Shown piece by piece: positions 16,301-29,700 of a stretch of DNA of 64,000 nt; position 1 is the first letter of the stretch; the number at the start of each line of letters is the position of its first letter. Made by a program: the position numbers and the translations under genes. The stretch comes from Lingula anatina. Taxonomy: Eukaryota; Animalia; Brachiopoda. The stretch lies in the NCBI GenBank assembly GCA_051362555.1, contig CM120640.1, positions 1,550,001 through 1,614,000 of the forward strand, in the 5' to 3' direction. A model generated the notes under the pieces. That model had not been told where the DNA came from, made no database searches, and saw only the letters and a program-made list of their open reading frames with translations.

Positions 16301-19300
16301 GAAATGTAGGAGGAGTGAGGTTCACTGAGGGCAGGGAATACCTTTTGCGTTCACGGTTCTGTGTGACTGGCCTTATTTTTCGAGCGTGACGCATTATTTG
16401 AGGCCAATATTCTGCGTGAAATGTGATTCAGGAATTCTTGGTGATTGGCCTGAATATATCTTGGTGATTGGTGATTGACCTGTTTTTATCTGGGTAGTTG
16501 GTGATTGGGGGGGTGGGGGGGTATTCCCTACCCTCTTCAGAGGTACATTGGGTAGCAGTTTCTTAATCTTGAGGTCTTGTCAATTTCTGTGCAGACTGTC
16601 CCCACCCTCCACGCTGAGGTGCTGGAGTGGGAGAAGAAGTTCAAGGCCGTCCAGAACTGTGACGACCTCAGGGGAAAGATACAGGCCTTGAAAAACGAGA
16701 TTGCCTGGGCCATTGTTATCGAATGTGAGGAGGTCAGTCAGCCATTTTGTGAAAAGAAGAATAAAGGATTGAATATTTTCAATAAGTAGATAAGATATTA
16801 AAATGCATCAGGTAATACATATAGTGCATTTCATATATTACTTGACTACATTAATCAGTCTTTTCAGTGTAGGACTTACAATGGATGAATAAAAGGTTAT
16901 CCATTTTCATTGGTTTCTAAATCTTACTTAACAATATGTATTAGCAGCATACATTTAAAATGTGTATTTCGAAATACAATTATAAAACAAAGTATCATTA
17001 TACTATAGTCTGTTGAATGCAATTATGAAACAAAGTATCATTATGTTATATTCTGTAATATCATGTTTGATATTGTATTCAGAGCCTGAAGCCCCTCACC
17101 AAGGCACACAGGGTAGAAGATGCTCGCACCCCAAAGTTTCAGCAGAAAGTGGATGAGTGTCAGGTAAGAAAAATGTTGGCTACAAATTATAAATTTATTT
17201 TAATTTCAAGGAGGAATGCACATGCAAGTTTGTATTAAGTAACATTTTTCGGTGTTTATCAAAATTTAGATTTGCATGTAAAAACGAATAAAGAGATACA
17301 TGTTTTCCACAACTGGAATAATTTAGTCGACTTTTTGGCTGACTTCAGGCCAAACTGGATGAGTGCATGATGGGACATAAAGAGATCCAAGACAAGCTGA
17401 AGACCTACAGCACCGAGGCACAGAAATTAGTGCCGCAGCACGCAGATGCCAAAAAGGTCCTCAGTGAAAAGAAAAAAATAGTGCGAGCAGTACAGGTATG
17501 TGGTGGTTGGTTATTAACATACTGTGAATAATATTCTGGAATAGTGCTTGGAATTATATACTTTGTTTTATTTTAGCCAAATTTGATAGAAATAGCCAAA
17601 TCACAATTTCAGGCAAGTTACTCAGCCATTACCCACAGTATACTCTCACAGCAACATGAACTACTAAGCTACGTGTATTCCAACTTTACCCAAGTACTTT
17701 ATGTTATGAGGGGGCATACCAGACAGTTAAGTTGATAACACTGACTGCTCCTTGGCATAAATCCTACAGTGATAGATTTATCCTGCTGGCCAATTACTTT
17801 TCATCTGAACACAGCTTTAGATGTAGCAAGATGTGATTTTATTCCATTTTCCTATCTCTACAGATATGCTTTTGACAATTTTTAAAAAAGTGAAGTAGTC
17901 ATGTACTTTAAAGTTATCAAAGTGATAATTTGTCATTCTTCTAGCTGGAAGAAAGGAAGATCCAGAGCGAATTACGGACAGTGACCAAGGACCGTGACCA
18001 AACCCTGGAGCGGATTAATGAAATCAGAAATAGGTAAGTGTGGATGAAAGCAGACATTTTGAAAACTTCATTGTAGCTTAGCATTTAGGCTGACAGTTGT
18101 GAAAAATTTGCTGGACACAAGGGTTTTTTTTTTTTTTTTTTCGTAGGCCTGGCTAAATTTGAAAATCACTACCCCTGTAACACAATTTGAAAAAAAAAAG
18201 ATATTTTTTCCAAATTTCAAATGGTGAACAGTATATATTTTGAAGAAAATCCCATCTTTTCTTAGTTTAAGATTATTTGATTTAAAAAAGATTAAAAAAG
18301 TAAAAAGGTGAGTGTCAAGTTAGCCCAGTAGTAGTGATCACAAGCAGCCACCATTGGCCACCTGATGTGATCTGAGGTTTATACCTAAGCTGCTTTAGGC
18401 TCAGTAGGCTGATACCACTGAGCTATGGCTCACCCTGGAAAATACTGCTGATATCTAATATCATCAATCTACTGACTTGTGGTGCAATACAATGAGGAAG
18501 TGATGTCATTTAGATTGTTAGTTTGTCCAGTGGCCACTAGATGTCACCATGTGTAGAGTGGTGTAGTTTGACTTGTCTCCACCAGATGTCAGCAGTGTAC
18601 AGCACTTCTTGGATTTCACAACACAGTAAGTATATTGATATAGATAAAACATTGCAATAGTTATTGAAGGTGAGCAGTGGTCTAGTGGAATAACCACTGA
18701 GACTAAAGCATTGGACTGCTCCCCATACAAGCCCTAACACTAAGGTGGGGAAATCTACTGGACTGACTTGACACTCACCTTTTTTTTTTTTTTTTTTTGT
18801 CATCTCTAAACACACATCTTTAATTAGAATGATTTTAGTTGAAAAGACAAATAGTTTCAAAAAAAGTCAAAAATTAGTAAATGATGGTTATATACTTTAT
18901 TTGGATTTAAGGTTAAAGTAGTAAGATTTTGTAGAGCATGTAAAATTATAGTTTTTTTCTGATACAGTATTTCGAGCCTATAAGGGACATTGGGATTGTG
19001 CAAGGTCTTCATTTCCTCAGAACAAAATAAACTTCATTGAATTTTTAATGTAAATTTTTAGTAAACACTTATGCTTGAAAATGAAATAACTATTTTGGTA
19101 CTATTTATAATTGAAAAAGGAATGTTGATTAAGGTCAATCAAATATTTGATGAAAAACTGATAGAGATAAGTTATAAATTCTTCAAAAATGTTTGAATAC
19201 AAAAAAGATGTTAAGTTTTCCTAGCAGAAGCTGTAAGTAGCAGAATATTAAATGAATAAGTATGAAAATACCAATTATCAGTCAATTTATTGATGGGATG

Positions 19301-22300
19301 AGTGAATAAAATTTTTAAAAAAGTAAAAAGGTGAGTGTCAAGTTAGCCCAGTAGTAGTGATCACAAGCAGCCACCATTGGCCACCTGATGTGATCTGAGG
19401 TTTATACCTAAGCTGCTTTAGGCTCAGTAGGCTGATACCACTGAGCTATGGCTCACCCTGGAAAATACTGCAGATATCAAATATCATCAATCTACTGACT
19501 TGTGGTGCAATACAATGAGGATGTGATGTCATTAAGCTTGTTAATTTGTCCAGTGGCCACTAGATGTCACAACATGTGGAGTGTTGTACTTTGACTTGTC
19601 TCCACCAGATGTCAGCAGTGTACAGCACTTCTTGGATTTCACAACACAGTCAGTATATTGATATAGATAAAACATTGCAATAGTTATTGAAGGTGAGCCG
19701 TGGTCTAGTGGAATAACCACTGAGACTAAAGCATTGGACTGCTCCCCATACAAGCCCTTACACTAGGGTGGGGAAATCTACTGGACTGACTTGACACTCA
19801 CCTTTTTTTTTTCACCTTAAAATGATTTTAGTTGAAAATAATATCAAGTAGCTTCTAAAATGTCAATTTAGTAAATGATAGTTATAAATTTTACTTGGAT
19901 CAAAGGTTAAAGTAGTAAGATGTTTTTTGGAGCATATAAAATGATTTGTTTTTTCTTTGTGATACAGTATTTCGAGCCAATTAAAGTGACATCAGGATGA
20001 GCAGGGTCTTCATTTCCTGAAAACAAAATAAACTTCATTGCATGTATTTTTTTTTTTTTACTGCACATTAATGCTTGAAAAAGAAATAATTATTGGTTCT
20101 AACTTCTAATAATAATTGAAAAGGGTTGCTCTGATTAAGAACAAGCAAATATTTGATGAAATTCTGATCAAGATAAGTGAGAAATTCTTCAAAAAATACT
20201 TAAATAAAAAAAAATGGGTGGGGTGAGGTCTTTATTTCCTTAAAACAAAAAAAATTAACTTCATTGTATTTTTAAAGTGATTTTTTTACTGAACATTTAC
20301 ACTTGAAAATGAAATAATTTATGTGGTACTTATAATAATTGAAAAAGGAATGTTGGTTAAAATCAATCAAATATTTGATGAAGTTCTGATAGAGATAAGT
20401 GATAAAGTTTTCAGAAATGCTTAAATAAAAGTGGGTGTTGAGTATCCCTTGCAGTAGCTGTTAGTAGCAGAATGCTAAATGAATAAGTATGAAAATACCA
20501 ATTTTCAGTCAGTTTATTGATGGAATGTGTGAATAAAATTGTTAAAAATATTTTTTTAAAAAAGTAAAAAGATGAGTGTCAAGTTAGCCCAGTAGTAGTG
20601 ATCACAAGCAACCACCATTGGCCACCTAATGTGATCTGAGGTTTATACCTAAGCTGCTTTAGGCTCAGTAGGCTGATACCACTGAGCTATGGCTCACCCT
20701 GGAAAATACTGCTGATATCAAATATCATCAATCTACTGACTTGTGGTGCAATACAATGAGGAAGTGATGTCATTTAGATTGTTAGTTTGTCCAGTGGCCA
20801 CTAGATGTCACCATGTGTAGAGTGGTGTAGTTTGACTTGTCTCCACCAGATGTCAGCAGTGTACAGCACTTCTTGGATTTCACAACACAGTCAGTATATT
20901 GATATAGATAAAACATTGCAATAGTTATTGAAGGTGAGCCGTGGTCTAGTGGAATAACCACTGAGACTAAAGCATTGGACTGCTCCCCATACAAGCCCTT
21001 ACACTAGGGTGGGGAAATCTACTGGACTGACTTGACACTCACCTTTTTTTTTTTCACCTTAAAATGATTTTAGTTGAAAATAATATCAAGTAGCTTCTAA
21101 AATGTCAATTAGTAAATGATAGTTATAAATTTTACTTGGATCAAAGGTTAAAGTAGTAAGATGTTTTTTGGAGCATATAAAATGATTTGTTTTTTCTTTG
21201 TGATACAGTATTTCGAGCCAATTAAAGTGACATCAGGATGAGCAGGGTCTTCATTTCCTGAAAACAAAATAAACTTCATTGCATGTATTTTTATGTACAG
21301 ACACAGATGTGTCTGTACATATTGCCATCACCTGCGTCTGTCGTCGCCGATGCCGATGCCGATGGCGATGCCGATGCCGATGCCGATGCCGTCGCCGTGC
21401 ACTTTCCTTGTAAACACGATAAGTGGAAGGCAGTTTTACTTTTTGGCTTTATATTTACAGAGCTGATGAATATTCATAAAACGCAGGTCAAGTTCGAAAA
21501 TCAGCATGATCGGGCCATTATTGTAGAAGTTATGCTGTTTTTTCACTTTTCAGCATATTTTTCACATTTCCTCAGATTCAATTCTTAGGCATGTTAACAG
21601 TCTCATTATTAAACTAATAAGATACGTAAAAGTTTTTGTTTGACATTTCCTGCATCTTTACAACATTGTTAGTTGATTTTTTAAAAATGATGGTAAACTT
21701 GTTATCGTGTATTGTGTAATAAAGTGTCAAAAATGGAAATAAACTCATATCATTGCAGTTTGTCAGATTCAATCATTCACTATGTTCAGAATCTCAGAAT
21801 GGAAGAAATTGGACATTTTACACTGCTCTATTGATATTTTTCCCATCTCATCAATTTTCTTAGTTGATCATATAAAAATGGCAGTAAACTGTTAATTTTG
21901 TTTTATGTTAAAAATGGTTAAAAATGGAAAAAAAAACATTTCAGAACAGTGCTGTCTTGTTTACATTTTGGCATTTTCAAGTTGTGACTTAGAGGTTCCA
22001 TGGGCCTGAAGACCTTTGCTAGTCACATTTTCTGAATATCCATGATACTAATATTTTATTATTAAAAATTGATGGTCATTATGCTGTTAAACATTATGTA
22101 ATATTGCATCAAAATTTGAAAAAAACCTATTTTGGGCACTGCTCCCATGATGACCATTTAAGAAAAACCATGTCACTTACTGTTCTCAAACAGTACAGTA
22201 AATATATATATAGATGTGTCTGTACATATTGCCATCACCTGCGTCTGTCGTCGCCGTCATCGCCGTCGCCGGTGCCGTGCACTTTCATTGTAAACACGAT

Positions 22301-25300
22301 AAGTGGAAGGCAGTTTTACTTTTGGGCTTTATATTTACAGAGCTGATGAATATTCATAAAACGCAGGTCAAGTTCGAAAATCAGCATGATCGGGCCATTA
22401 TTGTAGAAGTTATGCTTTTTTTTCACTTTCCAGCATATATGCAACACTGTAAACACATTCCAAGGAAAACCGATAGGCCTGTTGTCATGAAACTCACAGG
22501 AGTAATCTATCTTACTAAAACGCAGGTCAAGTTCGAAAATCGGCATGATCGGGCCACTATTTTAGTAGTTATGCTGTTTTTTCATTTTTCAGCATATATG
22601 CAACACTGTAAACACAATATAAGAAAAACAGATAGGCCAATTGTCATTAAACTCACAGGAGTGGTCAATCTTACTAAAATGCAGGTTGAGTTCGAAAATC
22701 AGCATAATCGGGCCATTATTTTAGAAGTTATGCTGTTTTTTCACATTTCCTCAGATTAAATTCTTAGGCATGTTAACAGTCTTATTGTTTTACTAATAAG
22801 ATACATAAAAGTGTTTGTTTGACATTTCCTGCATCTTTACAACATTGTAGGTTGATTATGTAAAAATGATGGTAAACTTGTTATCGTGTATTGTGTAATA
22901 AAGTGTCAAAAATGGAAATAAACTCATATCATTGCAGTTTGTCAGATTCAATCATTAACTATGTTCAGAATCTCAGAATGGAGGAAATTGGACATTTAAC
23001 ACTTTTCTATTGATATTTTTCCCATCTCATCAATTTTCTTAGTTGATCATATAAAAATTGCAGTAAACTGTTTATTTTGTTTTATGTTAAAAAAGTGTTA
23101 AAAATGGAAATAAATCCATGTCAGAACAGTGCTGTCTTGTTTCACATTTCCTCAGATTCAATTCTTAGGCATGTTAACAGTCTCATTATTTAACTAATAA
23201 GACATGTAAAAGTGTTTGGTGTACATTTCCTGCATCTTTACAACATTATTAGTTGATTATGTAAAAATGATGGTAAACTTGTTATCGTGTATTGTGTAAT
23301 AAAGTGTCAAAAATGGAAATAAACTCATATCATTGCAGTTTGTCAGATTCAATCATTCACTATGTTCAGAATCTCAGAATGGAAGAAATTGGACATTTTA
23401 CACTGCTTTATTGATATTTTTCCCATCTCATCAATTTTCTTAGTTGATCATATAAAAATTGCAGTAAACTGTTTATTTTGTTTTATGTTAAAAAATTGTT
23501 AAAAATGAAAAAAAAAAACATTTCAGAACAGTGCTGTCTTTGTTTACATTTTGGCATTTTTAAGTTGTGACTTTGAAGTTCCATGGGCCTGAAGACCTTT
23601 GCTAGTCACATTTTCTGAATATCCATGATACTAATATTTTATTATTAAAATTGATGGTCATTATGCTGTTAAACATTATGTAATATTGCATCAAAATTTT
23701 AAAAAAATATATTTTGGGCACTGCTCCCATGATGACCATTTAAGAAAAACCATGTCACTTACTGTTCTCAAACTTACAGGAAAGAAACATGGGACTAAAA
23801 TACAGCTTCAGTAGGCAATGCAGTCTGTTTGGTAATTCTTACTGCCAGTTAAACGGTTTCACATATTGGCATTTTCAAAGTGTGACTTTGAAGTTCCACG
23901 GGCTTGTTTATTATTGCATCAAAATTGGCAAAATGACCTCTTTTGCATCCTTTTTTCTGTTATTTTGTCTGTACATTTGACAGCTTTGCTGCCTTGTTTT
24001 TTTTTACTGCACATTAATGCTTGAAAAAGAAATAATTATTGGTTCTAACTTCTAATAATAATTGAAAAGGGTTGCTCTGATTAAGAACAAGCAAATATTT
24101 GATGAAATTCTGATCAAGATAAGTGAGAAATTCTTCAAAAAATACTTAAATAAAAAAAAAATGGGTGGGGTGAGGTCTTTATTTCCTTAAAACAAAAAAA
24201 AATTAACTTCATTGTATTTTTAAAGTGATTTTTTTACTGAACATTTACACTTGAAAATGAAATAATTTATGTGGTACTTATAATAATTGAAAAAGGAATG
24301 TTGGTTAAAATCAATCAAATATTTGATGAAGTTCTGATAGAGATAAGTGATAAAGTTTTCAGAAATGCTTAAATAAAAGTGGGTGTTGAGTATCCCTTGC
24401 AGTAGCTGTTAGTAGCAGAATGCTAAATGAATAAGTATGAAAATACCAATTTTCAGTCAGTTTATTGATGGAATGTGTGAATAAAATTGTTAAAAATATT
24501 TTTTTAAAAAAGTAAAAAGATGAGTGTCAAGTTAGCCCAGTAGTAGTGATCACAAGCAACCACCATTGGCCACCTAATGTGATCTGAGGTTTATACCTAA
24601 GCTGCTTTAGGCTCAGTAGGCTGATACCACTGAGCTATGGCTCACCCTGGAAAATACTGCTGATATCAAATATCATCAATCTACTGACTTGTGGTGCAAT
24701 ACAATGAAGAGTGATGTCATTTAGATTGTTAGTTTGTCCAGTGGCCACTAGATGTCACCATGTGTAGAGTGGTGTAGTTTGACTTGTCTCCACTAGATGT
24801 CAGCAGTGTACAGCACTTCTTGGATTTCACAACACAGTCAGTATATTGATATAGATAAAACATTGCAATAGTTATTGAAGGGAAGGTGAGCCGTGGTCTA
24901 GTGGAATAACCACTGAGACTAAAGCATTGGACTGCTCCCCATACAAGCCCTAACACTAGGGTGGGGAAATCTACTGGACTGACTTGACACTCACCTTTTT
25001 TTTTTTTTTTTTTTTCCATCTCAAAACACACATCTTTGATTAAAATGATTTTAGTTGAAAAGAATAAGAGCTTCAAAAATGTCAAAAATTAGGAAATCAT
25101 GGTTATACATGCTATTTAGAATAGAGTTTAAATGATGTTTTTTCTTTGTGATACAGTTTTTCTAGTCAATTCAAGTGAACGGGATGGGCCAGGGTCTTCA
25201 TTTCCCCAGAACAAAATAAACTTCATTGAATTTTTAATGTAATTTTTTACTAAACACTTAAGCTTGAAAATGAAATGATTATTATGGTACTAATAACAAT

Positions 25301-26133
25301 TAAAAAAGGAATGTTGATTAAGGTCAATCAAATATTTGATGAAATACTGATCGAGATAAATTATAAATTCTTCAAAAATGTTTAAAGTTTTCCTAGCAGA
25401 TTCTGTAAGAAGCAGAATATTAAATGAACAAGTACGAAAATACCAATTATCAGTCAATTTATTGAATTTATTGATGAGTGAATAAAATTGTTAAAAAAAA
25501 AAAAAGTAAAAAAGTGAGTGTCAAGTTAGCCCAGTAGTAGAAATCTGCTGGACTGACTTGACACTCACCTTTTTTTTTTAAATCTCAAAAGTGACATCTT
25601 TAATTAAAATGATTTTAGTTGGAAAGAATATTGGATCACTTTTAAAATTAAAAAAATAATTAAGTTTTTTTGCACATCATGTTGACTTATATGCAAACTA
25701 TATATTGTAAAACTATTTCAGTGCCCAAGAAGACCATGAGTCAGAACGGATAGCAAGGGAGCAGAAGATCCGGGGTCTCGAAGAGGAGCTGAACGGCTGC
25801 CAGGGGAGGAGGAAGACCACAGAACACGAGGTGGAACAGTTCAGGGCGGCTGTCACCAAGTACAAAGAGGAAGGATACAGACTCAGGTAAAATAAAAACC
25901 AAGTTCTCAGTTCTGAGGTGAATTTGCATTTGAAAGGGTCAAATATTTTGAACCACTGCAAAGCTTGCCGTCTAATCCGCCAATAGACATTGACTAGATA
26001 TCCCGTCGGGGGAAGTATTCAAGTGGGTCGACCATATTTGACCCTGGGACTAGTTAGTCCCCTATTCTGAATTGGGCCTAAGATTATAACAGTTAAATGT
26101 GTTATTTGCTCACATAAACTATCAAGTGTATGG

Positions 26134-26185
<52 letters not shown>

Positions 26186-26632
26186 TAAGCTATGTTCACA
26201 AGGAAAGAAATGTATTTGGCATAGTAATCTTTTCTCTGGTCTTGATGTTTTAGATTATTTCACCAGAATCCGTTTAAAAGGTATTTTATGTTTCAAATGA
26301 ACATGATATTATTGTAAAACTTGGTGAAAACAGTTTCAGAGTATTTATTTTATTTTTCTCCCCAGCAATATGGAAAAAGAGGTGAGACATACGCTGGAAG
26401 AAAAGAAAAATCAGCTAAGAAATCTGCAGGATGCAAGAAGCGATAGATTAAAAAGGTTTGGTGCGTGGGTTCCCACACTGCTAGAGAAGATAGAGGTGGC
26501 ACATAGGCAGAATAGGTTTCACCAAAAACCCAGAGGACCATTGGGTAAGTATGCATTAGCAAATAAATTTACAGATATCTTTGAAATTTTTCCAAACTTT
26601 TTGAAGTAAGAAATTAAAAAATACTGGTCTGT

Positions 26633-26708
<76 letters not shown>

Positions 26709-29700
26709 AGGGTGGGGAGCTGTAATTTACTCTCACTGGGTCAAAATTACAGTAGGATTACAGTAGGATTTATTCATTAATGCTGTCTACCTGAAAGAAA
26801 TGACCCAAATCTTTCCCAGGGGCGTGTATCCAGTTAAAGGACCCGTCCTGTGCTCTTGGTGTCGAGTGCTGTCTCAAGAATCTCATGCATTCCTATTGCT
26901 GCACAGACTATCACGATGAGAAAATCCTCAACCAAATCATGACACAAGTTTGCCCCAAAGGCAGGCCCAAACCTACTATCATAGTCAGCAGGTTCTTGGT
27001 AAGACTTGCAACTCGCTTTCTCACTTTCTCTCTCTATTTCTCTCCTTTAATCCCTCTGTCTTTATCTCATTTATTCATTTCATTTAATAATACATTCTTT
27101 AATGTTTTTCCTCTAGTACCACTTTTTACTTAATTTGTGTAAAATCTAAAGCTTCATAAAGTGTTTACAGTGAATTATCATCATTTTATCTTGTATTCTA
27201 AAGCATGACTGAAGTGATGTGGCATTATTATCATTTTGTTACTTTAATTTGATTTCAGGAACATGTGCATGATGTTAGCCAGTTTGTAAGTACTTATAAC
27301 AAGAAGAATTTAGTTATATCCTTAGATGCATATATTCTTAGATGCATTTTGCACATGTCTTTTTTGTAATACTTTGAGGTAAACCCCCTCTCCAGTAATA
27401 ATTTCAAATTTAATACATATCTGTCACCTTTTTGAAAAGAAGATTAGGTTTTTATCCTTGTTTAGAGAGCTCGTAAGAATAACATTACATTTTGTTTTAA
27501 AACAATCTAAAAAATTGAAGATGTTGGCAGTCAGAATTCTGCATGTCAACATGTCATATACAGTACAGAGTACATAAGCTGTACATTAGCAATATCATTC
27601 ATTTTCAATGTCCCACCTTTTGGTTCTACCCCTAAATGTCAGTTAATAAGAGACATTGGTCGTAGTTGTCTATTTTTATTTATTTCTTTTCTCTACAAAT
27701 AATAAATAAGTAATATAATTTGTAGCGGTCGCGCTGTGAGTTTCCCACTGTCCTGGACATGTTGGAGTTGGATGATCCTGTTGTAGCCAATGCTCTGGTG
27801 GATCAGGTCAGATACACTTTGTTTATTTATTTATTTAGAGGTAAATACACAGTAGAGATAAAAAAAATCAAACTCTCTACAGTAAAACCAATATCTCTTA
27901 AGTCATACTAGAATTTTACTGCTATGTGTTCACATAAGAATATAATGCCAAGTAACTATCTTGAATGTCTTCATTTGAGTTTATTATATGGAAATGTCAT
28001 CCACATATATTTACACATGTTGTGTCTTGCATAGAAATTGTTGTGTAAGATTTTAACTTTGTATACTTCAGCGAGGCATTGAGAATGTGATATTGATCAA
28101 AAATGCAGTCCAGGCTCGACAGTTTATGGGCAAGAATAAGGATCGTAATACAAAAGAAGTAAATAATTACATGATATGAGTACTTAAAAAAAATTATTGC
28201 CTTTGGGAGCTATTTGTTATTGGAAGCAGTGTTCGAAATTAATGCTGGACCGTCTGCCCAGGGTCGACAACTTTCAGAAGGGGCCGAGAACTTTTCCCAC
28301 CTGTCAGATATTCAGTCCAGCTAGTTTTAAAGATAGCTGGACCTTCAGTCCAACAACTAATTTTCCTAAGTGGCAAACACTGATTGGAAGTGTCATAACA
28401 TTGGGTTGTTGTCTCACAAAGAACGCCCTCTTTTGATGATAAAACAAACTAGAAAACCTGCTTGTACACTTAAAAGATTTTCTGTACCAAAAGGCTGCAG
28501 TTCTTTTTGTTTCTTTTTACTTGCTGTATCAATGATAAAAGATTGATATTGCCTATTTTTATTATGATTATTTTGTAAAATGTATAAAGAGAATCACTGA
28601 AATTTTTGTCACCTTTTATTTGGTGTCCTTTTCTTGAAAATATTTGTTAAAAGGCATAGTTGTCGGTTCCTAAGATGTCCTGTTATTGTTCCTGCAGGCA
28701 TTTGTGGGCAATGGAGACCAGGTGTTCAGCTTTCCTACCTTCCGTTACTACGCCTCCAGCACTGACAAGGCATCCTTCCTCAAGGCAGATGTGGAGGAGG
28801 AAATAAGGTACCTTTTCTTTTAAAAAACATTTCCCTTGTTATTATCGAGGTTAAGGTTGCTTATATATCAATGTAATATAGTATGTAAGGGGTGACCTGT
28901 CATTATAAGTATTACTTGACTACAAGAACAGCATACTCTGCATGCCCAGGCAAATGTGCTGAGAAATGTTTTTAAAGTTATTTCAGTTAAATAGTTAAAT
29001 TATTCACAAGGGACCCCCACCCCACCTCCTCTCTTTTTCAGATCCTTAGAGGTGGAAATAGCTGGTATACAGCAAGAAGCTGAAAACTTAAGAAAGAAGA
29101 GAGCCTCCGTAGACTCTGACATCCAGTCTAACCAAATGGAGGAGAGGAGGACGCAGACGAAACTGATGAAAATATCAGAACGGATTGAGAAGTTGATGAG
29201 CGAGATCGACGAATTGAAGAGTATCGAGGACCCGGAACCTGTGGATGTGACCACACTGGTAAAGTAACCAGCTGAATGTCAGCTAGTTTTATGGTCCAAA
29301 TCTCTAAGAATTAATTGGATATTTAATATATCTGTAAACATGTTATTCTAGATTTAGCAATCAGATCATCAGTAAAGATTTTATTTTTTGATTTTTCAAG
29401 TTGATTATAGTGGATTTAAAATATGACCTGTCATACAGTAAATTTTGTGCAAGTCTTATCCTTCAACAATCTACTGTAATCCAAAGAAATGTGCATCAAA
29501 CATTGTACTTTCCAATTAAAAAAAAAAAACAAAAACAATTTAATAATCACAAAACTAATTAACATGTTCATTGATAGCTTAAATAAAGATAATTTATTGA
29601 GAAGGAATTGCATTCTGAGCGCACATTATATTATTCCAGGAAGAGGAAGTGGGGGGTTTTAACCAGCAGATCGAGGAGCTGCAGGGTAAGGTGAACGAGG

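Larger units (their letters stand above)
18302..25579. repeat. Tandem array of 1.0-1.24-kb units, each a conserved ~480-bp cassette plus an AT-rich spacer; four full cassettes and one centrally deleted
   Basis: Cassettes at 18307-18779, 19330-19802, 20571-21043, 24519-24995 and remnant 25514-25569. Cassettes are nearly identical; spacers are more divergent and variable in length. Confidence 0.95.

Noticed and set aside
18307-18779. tRNA, vault RNA or hammerhead ribozyme reading of the cassette arms
   Set aside because: A-box-like 11-mers are present but there is no GTTCRA B box or T loop, no cloverleaf, and no CUGANGA/GAAA core
21283-22759. ORFs [13 protein letters not shown]... (also at 31176, 53030, 54060)
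   Set aside because: Chance frames across non-coding Helentron terminal repeats and microsatellite
18518-25085. Repeated 70-118-aa minus-strand ORFs ([13 protein letters not shown]...)
   Set aside because: They recur only because the cassette is repeated; non-ATG starts, no domain, and a frameshifting insertion in copy 4
18302-25579. CRISPR-like array
   Set aside because: Eukaryotic intron, kb-sized units, homologous rather than unique spacers, no cas genes
27259-27285. 27-nt SMC6 microexon as a regulated exon
   Set aside because: It encodes hinge-region residues that appear to be needed for colinearity with other SMC6 proteins, so it is probably constitutive
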